A stretch of DNA of 64,000 bases from Plasmodiophora brassicae (Eukaryota). The DNA lies in NCBI GenBank assembly GCA_036867785.1, contig CP145414.1:310001-374000 (forward strand), given 5' to 3'. Below are positions 12,108 to 21,486 of the stretch, one piece after another (positions within the stretch are counted from its first letter, which is position 1; every line of letters starts with the position of its first letter). Made by a program: the position numbers and the translations under genes. Below the pieces are notes generated by a model, which searched no databases, was not told where the DNA came from, and worked only from the letters and a program-made list of their open reading frames with translations.

Positions 12108-14225
12108 ATGAAGGAAGCGGTCGTGTTCGCTATCGACGTCGGGTCGACGATGACGGCCGAGGGTATCGCGCAGTGCAAGAGCGTGCTGCGGCACGAGCTG
12201 CGACGGAAGTTCATCCAGGGTGGCCAGGACGAGGTCGGCCTGGTCACGTTCGGGTCCGGGACGACGCGGAACGTGCTGAACGACGAGCATTCTGGCGAGT
12301 ACGTGCACGTGGAGGTCGTCAGCGGGATCGTGAAACCGGATGTGTCGATGATGGAGCACGTTGATGTCATTGATCTCTCCGGGGAGGAGGTCGAAGGCGA
12401 CACGTTCGACGCGATCGTCGTCGCCCTGAACGAATTGCACGTTCGCGTCAAGAAGTTGAAGTTTGAGAAGCGGGTCGTCGTGCTGACGTCGGCAGGTGGC
12501 GAATCGCCGCCGCCGGACCAGATCGAAGAAATCGCATCGCTGCTGAAGGGCCAGAACTGCACCGTCAAGGTCGTGTTTCTCGGTGACAAGAATGGGCACA
12601 CCGAGAATCGAGCGGCGCTGAAATTGCTCGTCAAGTACTGTGAGGGCGAGTCGATGACGATGAGCATCGACGAAGCGTTGGCGATTGCGTCGCGACCGGC
12701 CAAGAAGAGCGTCCGCCCGACGGCGAAATACAAGGGCCCCTTCGAGATCACGTCGATCGTCAAGCTGAACGTGAGCACGTACGGGAAAACCATGATCGCG
12801 AATCTGCCCAGCCTGAAGAAGCAGTCTGACCGGGCTCCAGACTCGGACATCAAGCTGCAGACGGCGTCCTTCAACAAACAGACGAACACTGAGGTCGAGC
12901 GCGAGCATCGCGTCAAGGCCTACCGATACGGCAAAGACCGTGTGGCAATCTCGAACGTCGACGAGGCCATGTATGAGTGCACAACATCCAAGTGCTTGCA
13001 AGTGATGGGGTTCCTACCGAGGACGTCGCTCCCCAGGTAGTATGTGTCCTCTGCCTCTCTGCCCGGAACCGCCTTGTGACGCGTTGCAACCGCAGGCACC
13101 TGTTCATGTCGAGTGTTGACTGTGTCGTTGCCAATCCTGATTATGAGGCAACCGTCGCTGGCTTCCAGGCCGTCATGATCGCCATGACCGAGCTTGACTA
13201 CGTTGCGATCGTGCGTTACGTGAAGAGGGACGGCGTGGCGGCTAAACTCGCCGTTCTGCACCCTGGCATCGAGAATAGGACCGACGTAAGACTGGTTGTC
13301 TCGATCCACAATGTAACCTAACCTGCGACCTTCGTTCAAGGTTGCCTACCTGAACATCCTCCCTTTCGCTGACGATATGCGGCAGTACGACTTCGGATCG
13401 GTCTCGGGCGTCCAAGTCACCAAGCGGCAGCTGGATGCCGCTGACGCGCTGATTGACAATCTCGACCTGTCCCGCGCCTGGAAGAGCCCAGAAGGCGAGG
13501 ACGTCGAGGCTCTCGACCCTGATTTCACGTACAACCCCGTTCTGCAGCGTTTCTACGAAGCGCTTGAAATCAGGTCGCTCGATCCCGACGCGCCAATTCC
13601 CGACCTGTCTCATGACGTCCGGTCAGCGATGGAGCCCATGGAGGATTTGTTTGATGCTGCACAGAGCAGCTTCGATGCGTTCAAGCAGGTTTTCCCGCTG
13701 GAGGCTGTCCCTGAGAAGAAGAAGCGCGCTGGTGGCGAGCGCGCCGACTGGCGGGCACAGCTCGAAGCAGCGACTGCAGAGGGGGTCGACGGCGTGCCTT
13801 CCACAATTTCAAGCATTGAGGACTACCAGCACTTGATGGCTAATCCGGAAACGTCAGCGACCGCAACGCTCAGGCTCGTCGACGTCGTCGTGAAGACGCT
13901 GGACGAATCGTTCCAGGGCAGTGCCGACACGCAAGCGCTGGACTGGCTGGAGACTGCCCGAACAATGTGCCGCACGATGGCGATGTTCGACGCGTACAAC
14001 AACGCGCTGGAAGTCGTCAAGGAGCGCGTCCCGCCCGCGTTCCTTGACAAGATGGCATCACGCGGCCTGTACCCCATCGACAGCAGCGAATGCAAGGGCA
14101 GCCCGGTCGCCCCCGAAGAAGCCCGCCTGTTCTTCACCCAACCGTTCCCCACCGCGATCGCCGACACGACCGGAACCGGCAACGACGACGAATCCAGCAT
14201 ATGGGACGAATGGGGCGATCTGTAA
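12108..14225 (+). CDS. XRCC5: Ku80 (vWA + Ku core + C-terminal domain)
   Basis: EAVVFAIDVGSTM, DEVGLVTFGS, KAYRYGKDRV, AIVRYV, ILPFADDMRQYDF, YNPVLQRFY. Introns at ~13037-13095 and ~13286-13340. Confidence 0.9.
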
Positions 14226-14378
14226 CCTGCGCGAATCCTTCGTGCTATTCGTTTACCTATATTCTCACCCCTATTCGTATAAATAACGTGCCATGGGGCA
14301 TTTCCGTGGCGCCCTGTGACGGGCAGCATGCCCTAATATGCGGTCTCGGGAAGCCGAGTCGTCGCCAACCCCCTTGTT

Positions 14379-14591
14379 CGTGCATCCGTCAATGATCGCC
14401 GCGATGTCCGCGTCACTGCATATCTGGTTTGACTACTGGAAGGACTACCAGATATGCAGTGACGCGAACATCGCGGCGATCATTGACGGATGCAGTGGCA
14501 TCGGTATGATCCGATGCCACTTTCGCGCTTCCAGTAGTCAAACCAGATATGCAGTGACGCGGACATCGCGGCGATCATTGACGGATGCACG
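14379..14591. repeat. Foldback / triplicated inverted repeat at the truncated 3' end of the YR gene
   Basis: 14379-14442 is the reverse complement of 14528-14591. A third partial copy lies at 14447-14494 (1 mismatch). An 11-bp hairpin spans 14494-14521. Confidence 0.9.
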
Positions 14592-15146
14592 TAGCGCTCG
14601 TTGGAGACGCACCACAGACTTCCGAAGTCATAGACCTGCCTGCGCCAGTCCGTTGCCGCCCACCTGTGATCGAACACAGGCAACGTCGGGTGGTGTCCGC
14701 CTAGCGACAGGTCGTGACACCCACGGACGGCTCGTGCACACCGGTCCAGCTCTTTCTGCTCATAGCAGTGATACTTTGCTGCGGCACTCGTCCCTGAACG
14801 GCCGCGCGACCACGCCTGGTCGCTCCACCCGCCGTACATGGCGGCGGACGCAGCAGATAGCTGGGGGTGACCCAAGGCTTTGGTAAAGCCACAGTTGCGA
14901 AGGCTATGGTTGGTCAGGCCATCTGTCACATGTTGTCGCATGCCATTAGCGTCAAGGACCCGGTACACCTCCTTGAAAATCCCGCCGAAGAAGGCGGACT
15001 CGTTGCCAGCACGAACGGCATCTGGGAACAGGAACGGTTCGTCCTGTTCGCCAACGGCAAGCGCCCCGAGCACCCCCATATGGTATGCATATGCGTTCAG
15101 AAGGTTACGAACCGGAGTCGGTTCCATTGTCTCCGCCACAGGCAGA

Positions 15147-15770
15147 ACCTGTGTCTCCCTCGTCTTCACGCGGAGCAGCCGGACATCCAGCGTGCCGCCG
15201 CGTTCGGTCGACAGGCGCAGGCTCTGCTGCGTCTGCTTCGCCATCATCACATCCGATGTTCGACCCATCAGCAGGACGCCCATGTTCAATGCGAATCTGC
15301 GGGATCCGTTAGCCACATGCGAGTTATACTACGCGTTCCTCAACTTACAATAGCGAGAAGCTCTTCGGGTTGTCGAGCTCGGCCAGGACATTCGATGCGA
15401 TGATCCAATCGGTCTCCGTGAAAGGAGCCGCGTTGGTCGCGATAACTTGCCCGGCCTGAACTCGCGTCTTGGTCACGTCGTTGACCAGCCGGTTTACGCT
15501 CGGCGCCCATTCCTGCGGCGACAGCCATCCACACTGCGCAGTGATGTCCCGGCAGCGGTACATCATGTCCACGTGGATTTGGGACAGGTACTGGGTGAGT
15601 GTTCCTGGTCGGACATGGATGCCGGTACGGCACCATGCAAGGAAACGCTCGAACAAGTAGCGGCCGCACTGTCCCTTAACGTCCGCTTCGCACATAGACG
15701 CGTACGATTCTGGCGCCTGCCGTCCTGCCCGTCTTCGTGTTATTGCATGCGTTGAAACACCGGCACATAT
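15147..15770 (+). repeat. 624-bp direct duplication of target sequence, left copy
   Basis: Matches 20863-21486 (acctgtgtctccc...cggcacatat). Confidence 0.92.
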
Positions 15771-15959
15771 AATCAGGACACTGTTGCGACCTCGAGTTCG
15801 CAGTCCGTGGCGGAGTCCGTGGCGGAGTTCGTTGCTGACTGACCTATCTGGCTTTGCGGACATTCCGGACATTCTCACGGTGCTGCCATGGCAGTTCACG
15901 GACTACTAAAGTTATTCTGTTATTGTCCTGCTTGAGTTCACGTGTCCCGTGCTTCAATT
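15771..15959 (+). repeat. 5' LTR (189 bp, AAT...ATT termini)
   Basis: Identical to 20674-20862 and followed directly by the PBS. Confidence 0.92.
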
Positions 15960-15972
15960 GGTTTTGGGCCCA
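15960..15972 (+). promoter_or_regulatory. Primer binding site, Copia-type (half tRNA-iMet)
   Basis: GGTTTTGGGCCCA, one mismatch from the copia PBS GGTTATGGGCCCA, immediately after the LTR. Confidence 0.7.
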
Positions 15973-15984
15973 TCCCAAGCCTAC

Positions 15985-16101
15985 CTCTGTCCCTGTTTCT
16001 GTCCCTGTTCCTGTCCGTGTTCCTGTCCCTGTTCCTGTCCTTGTTCCAGTCCCTGTTCCTGTCCCTGTTCCTGTCCCTGTTCCTGTCACTGTTCCTGTTC
16101 C
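15985..16101 (+). repeat. Pyrimidine-rich hexamer tandem array (CCTGTT/CCTGTC)n in the retrotransposon 5' UTR
   Basis: About 19 degenerate hexamer units. Confidence 0.85.
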
Positions 16102-16180
16102 AGCGTCCGAAGCCCCTCGTGATCCAGCTCGCGTCGTGACCGCCCGCGTTCCGTCTCCGTCTCTCTCGTGATCGCCCGCA

Positions 16181-17131
16181 ATGGCGGAAGACTGGAACCA
16201 GCTCGTTACAGGCCTTACCTCCCAGATCCAGATCCTTCAACAACAGCAACAGCAGCAGCAGCAGCTACTGCAGCAACAGCACGACCAACTGCTGCAACAG
16301 CAACAACAACTGACGCAGGCCCAGGCCTCCCCACAACAGCGAACGGTCTCACAGCATCATGCTCCTGAGCCCAAGGTCAAGCTTCCGCCCATGTACAACG
16401 GCGGCCGGGGCGAACTTCGCGGCTTTCTGAACCAGATCAAGCTGGTTATCACTCAGCGGCCCAACACCTACGCGGCCGACGCTCAGAAGGTCGCGCTGGT
16501 GGGCCAGCTGTTGGGTGGGGACGCCCTAAAGTGGTTTAACCCACTGTTCGAGCGGAATAACGACCTGATGAAGGACTTCAGCGCCTTCGTCTCCGCAATC
16601 AAGAGCAGATTCGGGGACCCGAACCTCGCAGAGACCGCGGCCCGCAAGCTCCAGCACCTGCGTCAGGGCAGAGGCACTGTCGCCCGCTTCGCCACAGAAT
16701 TCCAGAATCTGGCGGCGGACGCTGGGTTCAACGACTCAGCCTGCCGACACATGTTCCGCGCCGGCCTGGCCAGGGACGTGCAGTTCCTGCTGCTGTCCCT
16801 ACCCGTCGCCGAGACGCTTGACGAGCTTGTCATACAGGCAATTCGGTGCGACAACCGCCTGGCCGAGCACCGATCGGCCACCGCCCTCGTTCCTGTCCCT
16901 GCTGTCTCCGCCGCCGCAGTGCCGTCCGCTCCTTCCCCAGCCCCGGCCGCCGCGGTTGGGGATCCTATGGTTATCGACGCCGCGATCGGCGGTGGGCCCC
17001 GCGCGCCCTTAACCCAAGACGAGAAAGATCGCCGTCGTCGCGAAGGCCTGTGCCTCTACTGCGGGGTGGCTGGTCATGTCGCAGTGTCCTGCCCTGTGCG
17101 TCCGCAGGGAAACGCCTCCCGGCGTGGCTGA
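16181..17131 (+). CDS. gag: Gag, Ty3/Gypsy (chromovirus/Sushi/PEG10-like) type with CCHC knuckle
   Basis: PEPKVKLPPMYNGGRGELRGFLNQ, LGGDALKWF, LRQGRGTVARFATEF, PMVIDA, RRRREGLCLYCGVAGHVAVSCP. Confidence 0.9.
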   Translation: MAEDWNQLVTGLTSQIQILQQQQQQQQQLLQQQHDQLLQQQQQLTQAQASPQQRTVSQHHAPEPKVKLPPMYNGGRGELRGFLNQIKLVITQRPNTYAADAQKVALVGQLLGGDALKWFNPLFERNNDLMKDFSAFVSAIKSRFGDPNLAETAARKLQHLRQGRGTVARFATEFQNLAADAGFNDSACRHMFRAGLARDVQFLLLSLPVAETLDELVIQAIRCDNRLAEHRSATALVPVPAVSAAAVPSAPSPAPAAAVGDPMVIDAAIGGGPRAPLTQDEKDRRRREGLCLYCGVAGHVAVSCPVRPQGNASRRG

Positions 17132-17153
17132 AATCCCGGTCGGTCGCCACGTC
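17107..17153 (+). promoter_or_regulatory. -1 programmed ribosomal frameshift signal
   Basis: G GGA AAC in the gag frame (17107-17113). Stem ggcgtggc (17121-28) / gccacgtc (17146-53) starts 7 nt downstream. Pol lies in the -1 frame. Confidence 0.8.
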
Positions 17154-20100
17154 TACCAATACACCTGTTCCATCATGTAACCCCGACCACTTCTCTCCCG
17201 AGCCAAGTATGATTTCCGCGTCCACCAACCTCGTCGAGCACTTGGACCGTGTCCTAAGCATAGACGTGTCCCTTCAACTCGACAATGGCAAGACTGTACA
17301 GACGAAGGCACTTATCGACTCAGGAGCAACCAACGACTTCATACACTCCGACTTCGCCCGCGCTCACAACGTTCCGCTCACCAAGAAACCCGCACCGGTA
17401 GATCTGGAGGTAATTGACGGGCGGCGGCTACCGAAGGTGGCGCTGGAAACGGCCCCTGTCCGCCTCAGCATCGGCAACCACTCCGAATCGATCATGTTGA
17501 ACGTAATCGACTCCCCACGATTCCCGATTATCCTCGGCATGACCTGGCTCTCGAGGCACAACCCGAACATTAACTGGACACGCCGAACGATGGAGATTAC
17601 TCGTGTCACTCAGGACGCCGCGCGCGAACAGAGCGAACCCAAGGAAGCCATCACAGCCCTAACCTTGCACGACACTGACGTATTCCCTCAGCAACCAGAC
17701 CCACCACCTCAAGACCTCTCGCCACCCCCACGACACGAACGGCGGTCGAGGGCCCGTGTTGACAGCGGCAAGGCACCATACGCAGTCCCACTTCCCGGTG
17801 ATTGGAACCAAGCCCAATGCCTCAAGCGGTGGCACCACCGACTCGGCCATCGTAACCTGCGGGACGTCATCCTGATGGCAAACCACGACCTCACCGAATC
17901 CATGGAGATTCTGGCGCAGAAGGTTGACAAGTTCTGTGAAGGGTGCACTGTCGCGAAAGCCAAGGAACGCCCTTTCCCGTCGGAGTCCAAAGACAAGGAG
18001 TGGAATGTTCTCGAGAGAATCGACGTCGACGAATGCGGTCCGCTTCCCGTTGCGTCACTCAATGGGGAACGGTACTTTATCACGTTCACAGAATTCGCAA
18101 CCAGGATGAAATTCACATTCCTGCTGCACCACAAGAACGAGGCGCTGACCAAGTTCAAAGAGCTCAAGGCACGAATTGAGAACCGCCTGGAGAAATCCAT
18201 TAAGATCCTGTTCGGTGACAACGATGGAGTATTCATCAACGACGAGTTCAAGGCGCTCCTGCAGGAATGCGGGATCGAATGGAGATCAACGGTGGAGTAT
18301 TCTTCTAAGCAGAACGGCGTCTCCGAACGTGGCCACCTGACGCTCATGGACTCCGGCCGCGCAATGCTCGTACACGCAAGGCTTCCCAAGCAGTTCTGGG
18401 GACCCGCAATCCTGACTGCCAGCCACGTCCATAATCTCTGCCCCCACCCTCGCGATCCCACGACAACGCCCCATGAAAAGCTGTCGCGTTCGAAACCCGA
18501 CATCCGCTATCTCAGAACGTTCGGGTGCGACGCATATGGCTACGTCCCGTCCAGCCAGAGAACGAAGCTGGATCCACGCGCTGTGAAAGGCATCTTCATC
18601 GGATACGCGGACCACCAGAAAGGGTACGTTCTCTATCACCCGTCGTCCGGCCTAATCAAGGTGTACCGCAGCGTGACGTTCAACGAAGACAGCTTCGGCG
18701 GCCGCAGTGCAGATGACGCACTCGCTGATCCCGACGAGCCCGAGTCCGAATACGACGGCAACTACGTCCCCTCCGATGACGAATCCGCCGTCGAGGGGGC
18801 GCAGCTTGCAGGCCCCAGTGAGGATCCGCTGTCTCCCATTCAACGGGCTCGGCGTACCCCCCGCAAGCCAGACCGTCTTGGAGACCCCGTTCATCACGCC
18901 TGGATCGCGTCACTGCAACCTACCCACGACGCCCCCATCCACCACATGTGGATAGGTTCCACACATCAATGCGAGGACGACGACGGCGCCACACCCAGCG
19001 CAGAGGACCCCGACACTCCAACCACATACGAAGACGCTATGGCAAGTCCCGAGGCAGAGTTCTGGACCAAGGCGATGACCGATGAATTGAACAGCCTGAC
19101 AGAGCACAAAACATGGGAAGCCATCGAGCGACTACCCGTTGGGGCCCGTCCCATCGGATGTCGCTGGGTGTACAAGCGCAAAATCATGAAGACAAGTCAG
19201 GTTCCGCCAGACTCCACCTGGGTGCTTCGCCACGACCCCGATGGTGTCACCACCCACCGGTATAAGGCTCGCCTGTGTATACTTGGCTACAAACAGCGCG
19301 AAGGCGTCGACTACACCAAGACGTACGCGCCAGTTATTCGCAGCGACATCCTCCGCCTAGTACTAGCCCTATCCGTCCACGACAAGGAGATTATCGCAGA
19401 GCAGATGGACGTGATGACGGCATTTCTGAACGCCTACCTCACCGAAGAGATCTACATGGACTCTCCGAAGGGGTCGAAGGCCAGAACCCGCTTCGTCAAG
19501 CTCCTTCGATCGATCTACGGCCTGAAACAGGCACCAAGAGAATGGTTCAAGGTCATCGACGCCTTCCTCGTCAACGAATGTGGGTTCCAACGAGCCAAGT
19601 CCGCGTCGTGCTTGTACTTCAAACGTAGTCCAACCGGAAGGCTCGTCGTCGTTGGGGTCTACGTCGACGATATCCCCATCGTCGGACATCCCGAACTTGT
19701 ACACGAAACCAAGTCATCCCTCTCAAGGAGATTCAAGATGTCTGACATGGGTGAACTTCAATCCGTCATCGGCCTCGACGTGGATAGACAAGGTGGATCG
19801 GTGTTTCTGTCACAGGAACGCTACACGAAGACCATCATCGACACCTACGGCATGGCTGAATCGCGCCCCGTCTCGACACCGGCAGACGCGAACTTGAAGT
19901 TATCCACATCACTGTGCCCGCAGAACCAAGCTGACCGTGAACTAGTCGCGTTAGAAGGCCAGCGCATCAACTACCGAGCGGCAGTAGGCCACCTAATGTG
20001 GCTACTACACACTCGCCCAGACATCGCCTACGCTGTGAACGAGGTCTCACGTTATGTTCAAGACCCAGGGCCAGCCCATTTCGTCGCGCTGAAGCGGATC

Positions 20101-20745
20101 TTCAGGTACCTCAACGGCACGCGCAACTACGGGCTCCTGTTCGAAGGAGGTGGGGAAGCAACCACACCATTCCTAGTCGGCTATTCCGACTCTGACTGGG
20201 CAGGAGACGTCGACTCACGTCGGTCAACTTCTGGATACGTGTTCCTTCTGAATGGCTGTCCGGTTTCGTTCCGTTCTAAGAAGCAGACCACAGTCGCGTT
20301 ATCATCGTGCGAGGCGGAGACGGTGGCATCAACACTCGCGGCAACAGAAGGCGTATGGTTGCGCAATGTGCTGGACGAACTAGGTTTTCCACAAGCTCAG
20401 CCTACGCTCCTAAACGTGGACAACCAGGGGGCGATCGCGTTTGCCAACAGTGAAATCAACCACAGCAAAATGAAACACCTCGCGCTCAAGGATCACTTCG
20501 TCAGAGAACTGGTGGCATCCAACCTGATCAAGGTGCACTATGTTCGCTCAAGTGACAATCTAGCCGATATCTTCACGAAGCCGCTGGGGAAGGTCAAGTT
20601 TGTCGAATTCCGGCAGGCTCTCAAGTGCGTACCTCGTCCTGACCGAATCCCGAACTCTTCGGTCGAGGGGGCGAATCAGGACACTGTTGCGACCTCGAGT
20701 TCGCAGTCCGTGGCGGAGTCCGTGGCGGAGTTCGTTGCTGACTGA
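17107..20745 (+). CDS. pol: Pol polyprotein: Gypsy-type aspartic protease, then Copia-type pre-integrase/integrase, RT (RVT_2) and RNase H
   Basis: ALIDSGATNDFI..IILGMTWLSRHNPNINW; WHHRLGH..CEGC; DECGP, DNDG, QNGVSER; YKARLC, QMDVMTAFLN, IYGLKQAPREW, YVDD; YSDSDWAG, SSCEAE, VDNQGA, NLADIFTK. The stop lies inside the 3' LTR. Confidence 0.92.
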   Translation, partial: GKRLPAWLKSRSVATSTNTPVPSCNPDHFSPEPSMISASTNLVEHLDRVLSIDVSLQLDNGKTVQTKALIDSGATNDFIHSDFARAHNVPLTKKPAPVDLEVIDGRRLPKVALETAPVRLSIGNHSESIMLNVIDSPRFPIILGMTWLSRHNPNINWTRRTMEITRVTQDAAREQSEPKEAITALTLHDTDVFPQQPDPPPQDLSPPPRHERRSRARVDSGKAPYAVPLPGDWNQAQCLKRWHHRLGHRNLRDVILMANHDLTESMEILAQKVDKFCEGCTVAKAKERPFPSESKDKEWNVLERIDVDECGPLPVASLNGERYFITFTEFATRMKFTFLLHHKNEALTKFKELKARIENRLEKSIKILFGDNDGVFINDEFKALLQECGIEWRSTVEYSSKQNGVSERGHLTLMDSGRAMLVHARLPKQFWGPAILTASHVHNLCPHPRDPTTTPHEKLSRSKPDIRYLRTFGCDAYGYVPSSQRTKLDPRAVKGIFIGYADHQKGYVLYHPSSGLIKVYRSVTFNEDSFGGRSADDALADPDEPESEYDGNYVPSDDESAVEGAQLAGPSEDPLSPIQRARRTPRKPDRLGDPVHHAWIASLQPTHDAPIHHMWIGSTHQCEDDDGATPSAEDPDTPTTYEDAMASPEAEFWTKAMTDELNSLTEHKTWEAIERLPVGARPIGCRWVYKRKIMKTSQVPPDSTWVLRHDPDGVTTHRYKARLCILGYKQREGVDYTKTYAPVIRSDILRLVLALSVHDKEIIAEQMDVMTAFLNAYLTEEIYMDSPKGSKARTRFVKLLRSIYGLKQAPREWFKVIDAFLVNECGFQRAKSASCLYFKRSPTGRLVVVGVYVDDIPIVGHPELVHETKSSLSRRFKMSDMGELQSVIGLDVDRQGGSVFLSQERYTKTIIDTYGMAESRPVSTPADANLKLSTSLCPQNQADRELVALEGQRINYRAAVGHLMWLLHTRPDIAYAVNEVSRYVQDPGPAHFVALKRIFRYLNGTRNYGLLFEGGGEATTPFLVGYSDSDWAGDVDSRRSTSGYVFLLNGCPVSFRSKKQTTVALSSCEAETVASTLAATEGVWLRNVLDELGFPQAQPTLLNVDNQGAIAFANSEINHSKMKHLALKDHFVRELVASNLIKVHYVRSSDNLADIFTKPLGKVKFVEFRQALKCVPRPDRIPNSSVEGANQDTVATSSSQSVAESVAEFVAD
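20665..20673 (+). promoter_or_regulatory. Polypurine tract
   Basis: GAGGGGGCG abutting the 3' LTR, typical of Copia. Confidence 0.75.
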
Positions 20746-20862
20746 CCTATCTGGCTTTGCGGACATTCCGGACATTCTCACGGTGCTGCCATGGCAGTTC
20801 ACGGACTACTAAAGTTATTCTGTTATTGTCCTGCTTGAGTTCACGTGTCCCGTGCTTCAATT
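20674..20862 (+). repeat. 3' LTR (189 bp)
   Basis: Identical to the 5' LTR. Confidence 0.92.
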
Positions 20863-21486
20863 ACCTGTGTCTCCCTCGTCTTCACGCGGAGCAGCCGGAC
20901 ATCCAGCGTGCCGCCGCGTTCGGTCGACAGGCGCAGGCTCTGCTGCGTCTGCTTCGCCATCATCACATCCGATGTTCGACCCATCAGCAGGACGCCCATG
21001 TTCAATGCGAATCTGCGGGATCCGTTAGCCACATGCGAGTTATACTACGCGTTCCTCAACTTACAATAGCGAGAAGCTCTTCGGGTTGTCGAGCTCGGCC
21101 AGGACATTCGATGCGATGATCCAATCGGTCTCCGTGAAAGGAGCCGCGTTGGTCGCGATAACTTGCCCGGCCTGAACTCGCGTCTTGGTCACGTCGTTGA
21201 CCAGCCGGTTTACGCTCGGCGCCCATTCCTGCGGCGACAGCCATCCACACTGCGCAGTGATGTCCCGGCAGCGGTACATCATGTCCACGTGGATTTGGGA
21301 CAGGTACTGGGTGAGTGTTCCTGGTCGGACATGGATGCCGGTACGGCACCATGCAAGGAAACGCTCGAACAAGTAGCGGCCGCACTGTCCCTTAACGTCC
21401 GCTTCGCACATAGACGCGTACGATTCTGGCGCCTGCCGTCCTGCCCGTCTTCGTGTTATTGCATGCGTTGAAACACCGGCACATAT
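20863..21486 (+). repeat. 624-bp direct duplication, right copy
   Basis: Matches 15147-15770. Confidence 0.92.

Larger units (their letters stand above)
15771..20862 (+). mobile_element. Full-length LTR retrotransposon: Gypsy-type Gag-PR + Copia-type IN-RT-RH chimera
   Basis: Identical 189-bp LTRs, PBS, PPT, and intact gag and pol ORFs overlapping in -1 frame. Confidence 0.92.

Noticed and set aside
15985-16101. CRISPR-like array
   Set aside because: No unique spacers, eukaryotic context and no cas genes.
15844-16249. TG-, VP- and DRN-repeat ORFs
   Set aside because: These are translations of the non-coding hexamer array in the retroelement leader.
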